Source: Minisyncoccia bacterium (lineage in GTDB: Bacteria; Patescibacteriota; Minisyncoccia; Phycocordibacterales; Phycocordibacteraceae). Taken from it: DNA of 64,000 nucleotides. The position numbers and the translations under genes are program-made. The stretch covers positions 20,036-84,035 of the forward strand of contig JBBQUV010000003.1 of the NCBI GenBank assembly GCA_038212075.1, written 5' to 3'. The notes beneath the pieces were generated by a model, which was given only the letters and a program-made list of their open reading frames with translations, made no database searches and was not told the origin of the DNA. This document shows, one piece after another, positions 20,671-29,206 of this stretch. How positions within the stretch are numbered: position 1 is the stretch's first letter; each line of letters opens with the position of its first letter.

Positions 20671-20742
20671 CACGCTTAGCTCAGCTGGTAGAGCACTCGA
20701 CTGATACTCGAGCGGTCCTAGGTTCGACTCCTAGAGCGTGCA
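20670..20742 (+). tRNA. tRNA-Ile (anticodon GAT), 73 nt, no encoded CCA
   Basis: Hand-folded cloverleaf: acceptor gcacgct/agcgtgc, D arm gctc-agctggta-gagc, anticodon arm ctcga-ctGATac-tcgag, T arm ctagg-ttcgact-cctag. Confidence 0.85.
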
Positions 20743-20765
20743 CACAACATGGAACAGTAGCTTCG

Positions 20766-20812
20766 CTCCACTGATACTCGAGCGGTCGTAGGTTCGACTC
20801 CTACCGCACGCA
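20766..20812 (+). pseudogene. 3' half of a second tRNA-like gene (anticodon arm with GAT, variable loop, T arm, acceptor 3' strand + discriminator A)
   Basis: ctcca-ctgatac-tcgag-cggtc-gtagg-ttcgact-cctac-cgcacgc-a. 20770-20804 is near-identical to 20700-20734 of the intact tRNA-Ile. Confidence 0.45.
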
Positions 20813-20885
20813 CTAGAGAGAGGCCGCCTAAAGGCGGTTTTCTCATTTATACCCATACGTATCCTATCCAGACTGTTTTGCGAGC

Positions 20886-20891
20886 TATACT
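20886..20891 (+). promoter_or_regulatory. -10 hexamer TATACT, 8 nt before the ATG at 20899
   Basis: tatact tcaaact ATG. Confidence 0.35.
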
Positions 20892-20898
20892 TCAAACT

Positions 20899-21438
20899 AT
20901 GAGAGACGCTCTTATTATTTTCTTGCTCTGCATTGTCGCTATCATTATTGGCGGGTGGATGTTTTTCTACGCGCCAGACAACATCGCGGTTTTCCCGCAA
21001 CATAATAAAAGTCCGGTTATTGTAGAAGGGATAACAGAAGATCCGTTACCAAGTTCAGGGGTGGCGTTTACTGAAATAACCTCAGGGTCACTTGCTACAC
21101 AGGTAAGCGCCGCAAAGAATTATGTTATTAGTTCTGCAGATGATTTTGCACCACTTTGGAAACAAATTACTTCTACGCATATTCCTACCGTTGATTTCAA
21201 ACAGTATTCGGTTATTGCGGTATTTGCAGGGGAAAGGCCAACCAGTGGTTATGGCATTGCGATAGACAAAATAACGGACACTCCTGACAAACGCATTGTT
21301 CATATCGTCCTCACTGTTCCCGGGAAAAACTGTGTGACAAACCAAACAGCAACGAGTCCGTATGCTGTGGTGCAGGTGCCCGCAAGCACCCTTATGCCGG
21401 TAAAAGAAATGGTCACACAAACGCACGACTGCGAGTAA
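20899..21438 (+). CDS. Hypothetical membrane-anchored protein
   Basis: ATG at 20899 (MRDALIIFLLCIVAIIIGGW...). The ORF track's upstream TTG start is less likely. Confidence 0.5.
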   Translation: MRDALIIFLLCIVAIIIGGWMFFYAPDNIAVFPQHNKSPVIVEGITEDPLPSSGVAFTEITSGSLATQVSAAKNYVISSADDFAPLWKQITSTHIPTVDFKQYSVIAVFAGERPTSGYGIAIDKITDTPDKRIVHIVLTVPGKNCVTNQTATSPYAVVQVPASTLMPVKEMVTQTHDCE

Positions 21439-21465
21439 TGTTCAGGAAGGCGGTTCTGCGATACG

Positions 21466-22800
21466 ATGCGTCTTATGGACGCATCGTCGCATTTTAGGGG
21501 CAAGCGCATCACCCTTATGGGGTTGGGGCTTCTTGGCCGTGGGATAGGGGATGCTCGCTACCTTGCCGAATGTGGGGCAGAGCTTACCGTTACCGACCTT
21601 AAAACCAAAGAAGAGCTTGCTGACTCACTCAAGGAACTTGAAGCATTTCCAAACATTCACTACACGCTTGGCGGGCACAACGTAGAAGATTTTCAAAACA
21701 AAGATTTAATTGTGAAGGCGGCGAGTGTTCCGCTCAAATCTCCTTTTATTGCTGAAGCAAAAAAGAACGGTATTCCGGTACGCATGAGCGCCGATCTTTT
21801 TGCAGAATATGCTGGAGTTTCTGTGGTTGGTGTTACGGGAACGCGCGGGAAAACAACCACGGCCTTTATGATTGTGGAAATCATGAAGGCCGCAGGGATG
21901 AAGGTGCTTCTTGGCGGAAATGTTCGTGGTATCTCAACGCTCGCGCTTTTGAATGACGTGCACGGCGACGAAGTCGCCGTGCTGGAGCTTGATTCATGGC
22001 AACTGCAGGGTTTTGGTGAAGCGCATCTTTCACCAAGCATCGCAGTGTTCACAACATTTTTTTCTGACCATCTTAATTACTATAAAGACGACCTTGCGGC
22101 CTACCTTACTGATAAAGCAAACATTTTCTTTTACCAGCAAGAAGGGGATACGCTCGTGCTTGGGAGTCAGTGTGCACCCATCATCATAGAGAAATTTGGT
22201 GAAGCAATAGAGTCAGATATTGTCATTGCTGACGACACCAAACTTCCTGCAGACTGGAAACTGTCTATCCCTGGAATTCATAACCGATACAACGCAGGGC
22301 TCGCACTCGCTACCGCTCGCACGCTCGATATTTCGGACGAGGTAAGTAAAAAGGCCCTTGAGTCATTTGCTGGCGTAGCAGGACGACTTGAGTTTGTCCG
22401 AGAAATAAACGGTGTGAAATTTTATAACGACACTACCGCAACAACCCCAGAGGCTACCCTTGCGGCACTGCGGGCCGTTGGGACCGCTAACCATCCAAAT
22501 ATCGTGCTTATTATGGGCGGCGCGGATAAAGGACTTGGTATGGATGGTTTGTTGCACGAGCTTTCTACCTACGTGAAGCATATGTTTTTCATTAGTGGCA
22601 CAGGTACCGACCGTATCCGGGCGAAACTTCCGGCAGTTGAAATCTATTCTAGTTTAGAGAAAGCCGTTGCAATAGCGCAGGCAACAGCGTCTTCTGGAGA
22701 TGTTGTGCTTTTTTCGCCTGCGTTTTCGTCATTCGGAATGTTTAAGAATGAGTATGATAGGGGAGATCAATTTACTAAAATCGTTACGAATCTTGTATGA
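21466..22800 (+). CDS. murD: UDP-N-acetylmuramoylalanine--D-glutamate ligase
   Basis: Mur ligase central domain GVTGTRGKTTT, MurD-like N-terminal Rossmann domain, 444 aa. Confidence 0.85.
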   Translation: MRLMDASSHFRGKRITLMGLGLLGRGIGDARYLAECGAELTVTDLKTKEELADSLKELEAFPNIHYTLGGHNVEDFQNKDLIVKAASVPLKSPFIAEAKKNGIPVRMSADLFAEYAGVSVVGVTGTRGKTTTAFMIVEIMKAAGMKVLLGGNVRGISTLALLNDVHGDEVAVLELDSWQLQGFGEAHLSPSIAVFTTFFSDHLNYYKDDLAAYLTDKANIFFYQQEGDTLVLGSQCAPIIIEKFGEAIESDIVIADDTKLPADWKLSIPGIHNRYNAGLALATARTLDISDEVSKKALESFAGVAGRLEFVREINGVKFYNDTTATTPEATLAALRAVGTANHPNIVLIMGGADKGLGMDGLLHELSTYVKHMFFISGTGTDRIRAKLPAVEIYSSLEKAVAIAQATASSGDVVLFSPAFSSFGMFKNEYDRGDQFTKIVTNLV

Positions 22801-23624
22801 AAAGCCCCTACTGTTATTTGAATGGAAAAATCGCACCACTGAACGAGCTTTCGCTCCCACTGAACGATTTGGGCGTGCTTCGTGGCTACGGGATTTTTGA
22901 TTTCATGCGCACGTATTATGGCAAACCGTTTTTGATGAAAGAACACTTGGAACGGTTTGGGCGCTCTGCAAAAAAAATCGGCATTCCACTTCCATACTCG
23001 CTCGCACAGATTGAAGCGATTACGCGTACGCTTCTTAAGAAAAACAATTTCTCAGACTCCATTGTTAAATTTGTACTGACCGGCGGCCCCTCCGTTGATG
23101 GCATCACGTTATCCGGAAAACCCACTTTCTATATTTTGACTGGTGAAGCACACAACCCGCCAGAAACGGCATATACTCACGGCGTGCACCTGCAAACCTA
23201 TGAATACCAGCGTCTTCTGCCGGAAATTAAAAGCCTAAACTACATTGTTTCAGTACAGCATCAAAAGGAATTGAAGCGAAAAGGCGTACTTGAGCTTTTG
23301 TATGTGCATGACGGCAAGGTGCTTGAGTGCAGTTCAAGCAACGTGTTTATCGTAAAGAAACAAACACTCATTACCCCAAAAAACAACATTCTTGTTGGTA
23401 CGACACGCAACATGCTAAAGAAAATTGTTGGTAAAAAATATAGAATAGAAGAACGCAACGTGCGTATTTCGGAACTGAAAACCGCAGATGAAGTGTTTGT
23501 CACGGCGGCAAACAAGGGGGTAATGCCCGTTACAAAAATTGATGGAAAGAATGTGGGGAAGGGCGCAGTCGGCCCCGTGGTGAAAGATTTGATGTATCTC
23601 TATGGTGAGTTCATAAAGCCATGA
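22797..23624 (+). CDS. Class IV aminotransferase (D-amino-acid or branched-chain aminotransferase family)
   Basis: Fold-type IV PLP enzyme layout, 275 aa, sandwiched between murD and murC. Confidence 0.7.
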   Translation: MKSPYCYLNGKIAPLNELSLPLNDLGVLRGYGIFDFMRTYYGKPFLMKEHLERFGRSAKKIGIPLPYSLAQIEAITRTLLKKNNFSDSIVKFVLTGGPSVDGITLSGKPTFYILTGEAHNPPETAYTHGVHLQTYEYQRLLPEIKSLNYIVSVQHQKELKRKGVLELLYVHDGKVLECSSSNVFIVKKQTLITPKNNILVGTTRNMLKKIVGKKYRIEERNVRISELKTADEVFVTAANKGVMPVTKIDGKNVGKGAVGPVVKDLMYLYGEFIKP

Positions 23625-24892
23625 AAAAAGCGTATTTTATTGGTATCGGGGGAATTGGCATGAGCGCGCTCGCACAGTATATGCAGGATCAGGGTGTGAC
23701 CGTTTCTGGTTCCGATAGGGAGGCGAGTCCGGTGACGGAACTTTTGGAGTCAAAGGGCATTCATGTTGATCTTGTGCAAAAGGCAGAGAATGTGCCGGCC
23801 GATGCCGACATGGTGGTATACAGCGAAGCGGTTTGGGAAGATAACCCGGAACGTGTGCGCGCAAAAGAGCTCGGACTTCCGCAATATTCCTATTTTGAGA
23901 TGCTTGGAAAAGTATCTGCAGGGAAGAAGACCGTTGCGGTGTCTGGCACTAACGGAAAAACAACCACCACAGGAATGGCGGCAAAGATTTTGCATGATGC
24001 GGGCGTGTCGCCAACGGCGATAGTTGGGAGTTTGGTAAAAGATTTCAATTCAAATTATCTCCACGGCGATTCGGATGTATTTGTGGTTGAGGCATGTGAA
24101 TACAAACGTGATTTCCTTACGCTCTCCCCGCACATTCTTGTCGTTACCAATATTGAGTGGGATCACACTGATTACTACAAAGATTTAGCTGACGTGCAAA
24201 GTGCATTTCGCACACTGATGGAAAAAGTACCGGCAGAGGGCACCATTGTGACGGACGCGAGCCACCCAGATATTGCGCCGCTTCTTGTAGGACTTTCTGC
24301 GAACATTGTGGACTACACGAAAGAACCGTCGTACGAACTTCGTTTGCCGGGGGAGTTTAATAAAAACAACGCGCGTGCGGCCGCGGCGGCCGCACGCGTT
24401 ATCGCGCCTGAAATTACGGAAGATTCTATTGCCACGTCACTCTCGCATTTTCACGGCACGTGGCGTCGTTTTGAGTACAAAGGAAAAACAAAAAATGGCG
24501 CAGATGTGTATGACGACTACGCGCACCATCCAACCGCAATCAAGGCAACTCTTGCGGAACTCCGAAAGAAAACAACGGGGCAAATCTTTATTGCGTTCCA
24601 CCCGCACTTGTACAGTCGTACGCGCGATTTGCTCTCTGAATTTGCGACGGCATTCAAGGGTGCTGACGGTGTTTTTATTGCACCTATCTATGCGGCGCGC
24701 GAAATTGATGACGGGTCTATTTCAAGTGCCATACTTGCAGAGCAAATAACAAAACATGGTACTCCTGCCGAAGCACAATCGTTTGAAGACATTGAAAGAA
24801 TTTTCGGGAATTATCCAAAAGCAGGCGACATCATCATGACCATGGGCGCCGGTGACATTTACAAGGTTGCTGATAAGCTGGTCGCACACTGA
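23621..24892 (+). CDS. murC: UDP-N-acetylmuramate--L-alanine ligase
   Basis: YFIGIGGIGMSALA N-terminal motif and GTNGKTTTT Mur ligase motif. Confidence 0.9.
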   Translation: MKKAYFIGIGGIGMSALAQYMQDQGVTVSGSDREASPVTELLESKGIHVDLVQKAENVPADADMVVYSEAVWEDNPERVRAKELGLPQYSYFEMLGKVSAGKKTVAVSGTNGKTTTTGMAAKILHDAGVSPTAIVGSLVKDFNSNYLHGDSDVFVVEACEYKRDFLTLSPHILVVTNIEWDHTDYYKDLADVQSAFRTLMEKVPAEGTIVTDASHPDIAPLLVGLSANIVDYTKEPSYELRLPGEFNKNNARAAAAAARVIAPEITEDSIATSLSHFHGTWRRFEYKGKTKNGADVYDDYAHHPTAIKATLAELRKKTTGQIFIAFHPHLYSRTRDLLSEFATAFKGADGVFIAPIYAAREIDDGSISSAILAEQITKHGTPAEAQSFEDIERIFGNYPKAGDIIMTMGAGDIYKVADKLVAH

Positions 24893-24893
24893 T

Positions 24894-25316
24894 ATGGAAC
24901 CGATAATGAAAGACAAACGTCAGGTTGCGGCGTACATCCCCTACAAGCGCATGGGGGAGCATATTGCCTTCTTTCTCCAAAAACGCGATATGAAAGCCGC
25001 GCGTCTGCCTGGTGTATTTGGTATGTTTGGTGGCGGATTGGACAAGGGGGAAAGTCGCGAACAAGGACTTATGCGCGAAGTGCAGGAGGAGCTTACCTAT
25101 GTACCGGTACGACCACTCTATTTTAGTCGATACGAAACAGCTGACCATGCGTTTGATTTGTTTATTGAAGAAGTTTCGGCGGATTTTGAAGAGAAGATAA
25201 AAGTTGAAGAAGGTGAGTATGGGAAGTTTTTTACTGCGGCAGAGATTGCAAATGAAAACGTTTCCGCAACAACCCGACTCGTTATTCCACAACTCGAACA
25301 ATTTCTCTTGAAATAA
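24894..25316 (+). CDS. NUDIX hydrolase
   Basis: Nudix box GGGLDKGESREQGLMREVQEEL. ATG at 24894 right after the murC stop. Confidence 0.75.
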   Translation: MEPIMKDKRQVAAYIPYKRMGEHIAFFLQKRDMKAARLPGVFGMFGGGLDKGESREQGLMREVQEELTYVPVRPLYFSRYETADHAFDLFIEEVSADFEEKIKVEEGEYGKFFTAAEIANENVSATTRLVIPQLEQFLLK

Positions 25317-25317
25317 T

Positions 25318-25779
25318 ATGGAAACACCAAAAGCTTTTCTATCGCCAGCCGCAGAAGGTGGTGAAAAATCACCAAGCATGACCGAGGCACAGACGATGGC
25401 GTATCTTGCAAAAGAAGGCGTTCAACCACTTGAACATTGGAAACCACACACGTCTTTTCTCTACGTAATGGAGGAGGCAACTCGAGGGGATGACGGGTAT
25501 TTCAAGGATTTACCGCTTGAACAGCGTCCGAGTATCGCGCGGCTTGACGACCCGACGGAAATTGATTTTTCTGATCCTCGCGATAGAGGCGATGGAACGG
25601 TGGTGTATTACGTTGGAAATGAAGGTGGACAAGTTGATTACTACGCAATTAATCCAACAACCAACGAAGTGACTCGCGTTAAGAAAACCAACCCTGTCAA
25701 AAATAGAGAAAACGCGTATTTTGTACGTAAGGAAGCATTGTTTGCGACCGCGGACCATCTTTTTCCTAAGGGAATCTAA
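25318..25779 (+). CDS. Hypothetical protein
   Basis: 153-aa ORF in the operon context, no recognisable domain. Confidence 0.45.
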   Translation: METPKAFLSPAAEGGEKSPSMTEAQTMAYLAKEGVQPLEHWKPHTSFLYVMEEATRGDDGYFKDLPLEQRPSIARLDDPTEIDFSDPRDRGDGTVVYYVGNEGGQVDYYAINPTTNEVTRVKKTNPVKNRENAYFVRKEALFATADHLFPKGI

Positions 25780-25784
25780 AAACT

Positions 25785-26468
25785 ATGAATGGCACCCTTT
25801 CAATCGTTGCGACACCCATAGGGAATCTCGGAGATATCACGCTTCGGGCATTGGACACACTGAAGCGTGCGGATGTTATCGCGTGCGAGGACACGCGTGT
25901 GACGGCAAAGCTATTGCAGAGATACGATATTCAAAAACCGTTGGTTATTTACCACGCTCGTTCAGGACGACTGAATACCACGCGTGTGCTCTCAATGCTT
26001 GGGGAAGGAAAGCATGTTGCACTCGTGACTGACGCCGGTACGCCAGGAATTTCTGATCCCGGTGCAGAACTTGTTGCGGAAGTCCGTGCACGGCTCGGCG
26101 ACGATGTTCGTATTGAAACTATTCCGGGCGCGGCCGCAGTAACCGCCGCGCTTTCTATTGCGGGAGTGCCCTGTGCGGACTTTACCTTTCTCGGATTTTT
26201 ACCACACAAAAAAGGACGCGAGACTCTTTTCAAAGAAATCGCAGAAGGCAAGCGTACCTATGTTTTTTATGAATCTCCGCACCGCGCAACGAAAGCGCTT
26301 GATTCGCTCGCGAAGATTTTGCCCGAAAAGCGCATGGTTGCCGTTTGCCGTGAACTCACCAAAATTCACGAGTCGGTGGTGCGGGGAAGCGCCAAAGAGG
26401 TGGTCGCTTACTTTGCTAAAAACAAAGATCAGGTTCGCGGGGAGTTTGTGATTATTGTCGGAACGTAA
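25785..26468 (+). CDS. rsmI: 16S rRNA (cytidine1402-2'-O)-methyltransferase
   Basis: Tetrapyrrole-methylase fold, LSIVATPIGNLGDITLRALDTLKRADVIACEDTR. Confidence 0.85.
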   Translation: MNGTLSIVATPIGNLGDITLRALDTLKRADVIACEDTRVTAKLLQRYDIQKPLVIYHARSGRLNTTRVLSMLGEGKHVALVTDAGTPGISDPGAELVAEVRARLGDDVRIETIPGAAAVTAALSIAGVPCADFTFLGFLPHKKGRETLFKEIAEGKRTYVFYESPHRATKALDSLAKILPEKRMVAVCRELTKIHESVVRGSAKEVVAYFAKNKDQVRGEFVIIVGT

Positions 26469-26483
26469 TTGCTCTTTTTTGTC

Positions 26484-26553
26484 ATGGAGTGAGGCACGTA
26501 CCCGCCGGAGACTAAACTAGGTCTCTCTCCGGCGGGTACGTGCCGAGCGGAAA
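26484..26553 (+). repeat. Structured hairpin repeat, copy 2: 19-bp stem (ggcacgtacccgccggaga / tctccggcgggtacgtgcc) with loop CTAAACTAGGTCTC and conserved flanks GGAGTGAG / GAGCG
   Basis: Read directly. Loop and flanks match copy 1 at 219-291 while the stem interior differs with full compensation. Confidence 0.6.
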
Positions 26554-26588
26554 GTTATCCACTTTTCGTTGTTTTGCAGATGCTCTTG

Positions 26589-26594
26589 TATACT
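26589..26594 (+). promoter_or_regulatory. -10 hexamer TATACT, 7 nt before the ATG at 26601 (leaderless configuration)
   Basis: tatact gcgggt ATG. Confidence 0.4.
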
Positions 26595-26600
26595 GCGGGT

Positions 26601-26825
26601 ATGTCAAAAGAAGGAACACTCATTACGCTCGGTGTCCTTGTCGCTATCTCTCCTTTCCTTGGACTCCCGCTTTCCTGGCTTTCGTTCTTTCTTCCCGTTA
26701 TGGGCACCATCACGCTTTTCATCGGATACCTGATTCGCCGTGATCATGTCGCATCTCACACGCGCTTGCAGACAGTGCAAGACACTCCTTCATTTGATAC
26801 TTCTGCACCGTCGCCAATTGCATAG
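26601..26825 (+). CDS. Small membrane protein (2 TM)
   Basis: MSKEGTLITLGVLVAISPFLGLPLSWLSFFLPVMGTITLFIGYLI... Confidence 0.5.
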   Translation: MSKEGTLITLGVLVAISPFLGLPLSWLSFFLPVMGTITLFIGYLIRRDHVASHTRLQTVQDTPSFDTSAPSPIA

Positions 26826-26876
26826 GGAATCGCTAGGTGTATAGTGCGCCTGTGGCTAGATTTCATGGAGGAAATC

Positions 26877-27119
26877 ATGAAGACCATACGTATTGAAGAC
26901 CTAAAGAACCGTCCGCTTCAAGAACTGGAGGAGATGTACTCCTCGGCGGTGCAAACGTTCACCGAGACGACAATCAATGGAATCGAAAATGACCCCGTGG
27001 TGCATGACACAGACGAGGATCCGGTGCGGTTCGCAAAGGATCTTTTTCTCGTTGTTCTTGGCAAACGCGGCGGTGTCCGTTTTTCAAGAGACGGCGGCAT
27101 CGACCACCACCGTGTTTGA
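26877..27119 (+). CDS. Hypothetical small protein
   Basis: ATG at 26877 preceded by GGAGG (rare SD). 80 aa, acidic N-terminal half. Confidence 0.4.
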   Translation: MKTIRIEDLKNRPLQELEEMYSSAVQTFTETTINGIENDPVVHDTDEDPVRFAKDLFLVVLGKRGGVRFSRDGGIDHHRV

Positions 27120-27198
27120 AGTGCTTCATCACCGGAGTCTGATTGGGCGCCTCGCGAATGCGGGCGCCCTTTCACCATTCAGTGCGGCAGTATTGCGT

Positions 27199-27204
27199 TA
27201 TAAT
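27199..27204 (+). promoter_or_regulatory. -10 hexamer TATAAT, 7 nt before the ATG at 27211 (leaderless configuration)
   Basis: tataat tgagcg ATG. Confidence 0.45.
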
Positions 27205-27210
27205 TGAGCG

Positions 27211-29040
27211 ATGGATAACCCCGAGCGGGTAACGTACTTTGCGGCGACCGATGCGCGTGGTAAGCGTATACCGTTTGGTATTAAGCAGAAGGATCGCTCG
27301 CGTCATATGTATGTGATTGGGAAGACTGGTATGGGTAAATCAACCCTGCTTGAAAACATGGCGATTCAAGATATCAGAAATGGAGAAGGTATTGCATTTA
27401 TTGATCCGCACGGTGGCACCGCCGACAAGCTGTTGGAATACATTCCAGAACATCGCGTAAAAGACGTGGTGCACTTTGCGCCATTTGATATGGATAACCC
27501 TATCGCGTTTAACGTGATGGAGGATGTGGGCTACGACAAGCGTCACCTTGTGGTGTCGGGACTTATGGCGACGTTTAAGAAGATTTGGATTGATGCGTGG
27601 TCGGCGCGTATGGAATACATTTTGACGAACACACTTCTCGCCCTTCTTGAATACCCGGGCGCAACGCTCCTTGGCGTGAACCGAATGTATACGGACAAAA
27701 ACTATCGCAAGGTGGTTGTAGAAAATATTAAAGACCCTGTGGTGAAAGACTTTTGGACAAAAGAATTTGCCACGTACACCGATCGTTATACCCAAGAAGC
27801 GACGCCCGCCATTCAAAACAAAATCGGGCAATTCACTGGTAACCCACTCATTCGCAACATAATTGGGCAACCGAAGTCGTCCTTTGATATTCGTAAAATG
27901 ATGGACGAGAAGAAGATTCTCATCATAAACCTTTCAAAGGGAAGAGTGGGCGACACCAACACCCAACTCTTGGGCTCAATGCTCACCACGCGCATTTTTC
28001 TTGCCGCCATGAGTCGTGCTGATTTGTCTGCGGCGCAGATAAATCAACACCCAAACTTCTACTTTTACGTAGACGAATTTCAAAACTTTGCGAACGAAAC
28101 GTTTGCAGAAATTTTGTCTGAAGCGCGAAAATATAAACTGAATCTCATCATTGCACACCAATACATTGAGCAAATGGAAGAAGAAGTGCGTGATGCTGTG
28201 TTCGGAAACGTAGGCACCACCGTGTGTTTTCGTGTGGGACCGTTTGATGCTGAAGTGCTTGAAACAGTCTTTATGCCCGAATTTACGAAAGAAGATTTAG
28301 CAAACCTTGGGCTACGACAGATTTACCTTTCTCTGATGATTGACGGCGTTGGTTCGCGGCCGTTTTCTGCGGTTACGATTCCGCCGATTGAACCACCACC
28401 GCAGATATTTAAAGATCAAGTTGTTACTTTTTCACGCTCACAGTTCGGTACAGAGCGCCAAGGCATTGAAGACGCTATTGCCGCAGAGCTTGCGCCACCA
28501 GCAGGCGCACCACCGGCGGAAGAACCAAAACCAAAGAAACCAAGCTACGGTACTCGTCCTCGTGCGGAAGTATCTGAACCTCCGCGGCCACGTCCGCGAC
28601 CAAGCCTTCCTATTGCACCGGCTGAAATGTCGCTTCCCGCACATGCATCGCCTTCGCAACAGCCACGTCCACCGCGTGTGCAGGAAGTGCGTCCTGCGCC
28701 CGTCGCCCAAGGAAAGAGTGCAGAAGATTTGCGCGCCATTTTGAGAAAGATGACCGAGAAGACAAGTAAGGAGCGCGAATCAAAAAGTGCTGAACGGCAA
28801 GGTGCACTTAAAGAAACCGTTGCCACGGTTGTACAAAAACCGGCTCCAGTGCAGTCTGTGCCGCAAAAACAATCCACTCCACTCCCAGTGCCACCCCCTC
28901 CTGTACAACCACCACAACCCCAGAACCAACCACCAGCTCCATCTGCACCCGCGCCAACTCAGCCCATGCCAGTAAAAGCACGTCCTGCATTTGAAGTGGC
29001 CGAAGAAGATCTTAAAAAGATTTTCAAAGAGGGACTTTGA
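27211..29040 (+). CDS. TraG/VirD4/TraD-like type IV coupling-protein-family P-loop ATPase with proline-rich low-complexity C-terminal tail
   Basis: Walker A YVIGKTGMGKST, IDPHGG, Walker B region FYFYVDEFQNF, ...IIAHQY. C-terminal 200 aa rich in P/Q/A (PRPRPRP, PPPPVQPPQPQNQPPAPSAPAPTQP). Confidence 0.55.
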   Translation: MDNPERVTYFAATDARGKRIPFGIKQKDRSRHMYVIGKTGMGKSTLLENMAIQDIRNGEGIAFIDPHGGTADKLLEYIPEHRVKDVVHFAPFDMDNPIAFNVMEDVGYDKRHLVVSGLMATFKKIWIDAWSARMEYILTNTLLALLEYPGATLLGVNRMYTDKNYRKVVVENIKDPVVKDFWTKEFATYTDRYTQEATPAIQNKIGQFTGNPLIRNIIGQPKSSFDIRKMMDEKKILIINLSKGRVGDTNTQLLGSMLTTRIFLAAMSRADLSAAQINQHPNFYFYVDEFQNFANETFAEILSEARKYKLNLIIAHQYIEQMEEEVRDAVFGNVGTTVCFRVGPFDAEVLETVFMPEFTKEDLANLGLRQIYLSLMIDGVGSRPFSAVTIPPIEPPPQIFKDQVVTFSRSQFGTERQGIEDAIAAELAPPAGAPPAEEPKPKKPSYGTRPRAEVSEPPRPRPRPSLPIAPAEMSLPAHASPSQQPRPPRVQEVRPAPVAQGKSAEDLRAILRKMTEKTSKERESKSAERQGALKETVATVVQKPAPVQSVPQKQSTPLPVPPPPVQPPQPQNQPPAPSAPAPTQPMPVKARPAFEVAEEDLKKIFKEGL

Positions 29041-29206
29041 AACTTTTTTGCTGAAAGGTGAGTAGTAATACGTGTACTGATACACCGTAACCATACGTGG
29101 CATATGCAAAGAAAGCACTATGCCCGCACGCCGAAGCCATAGTGCCGGGGCGTGCGGGCGCTATGCTTTTCAGGCGCCGAGTATACTGGTACTGTCCACC
29201 TATTCC

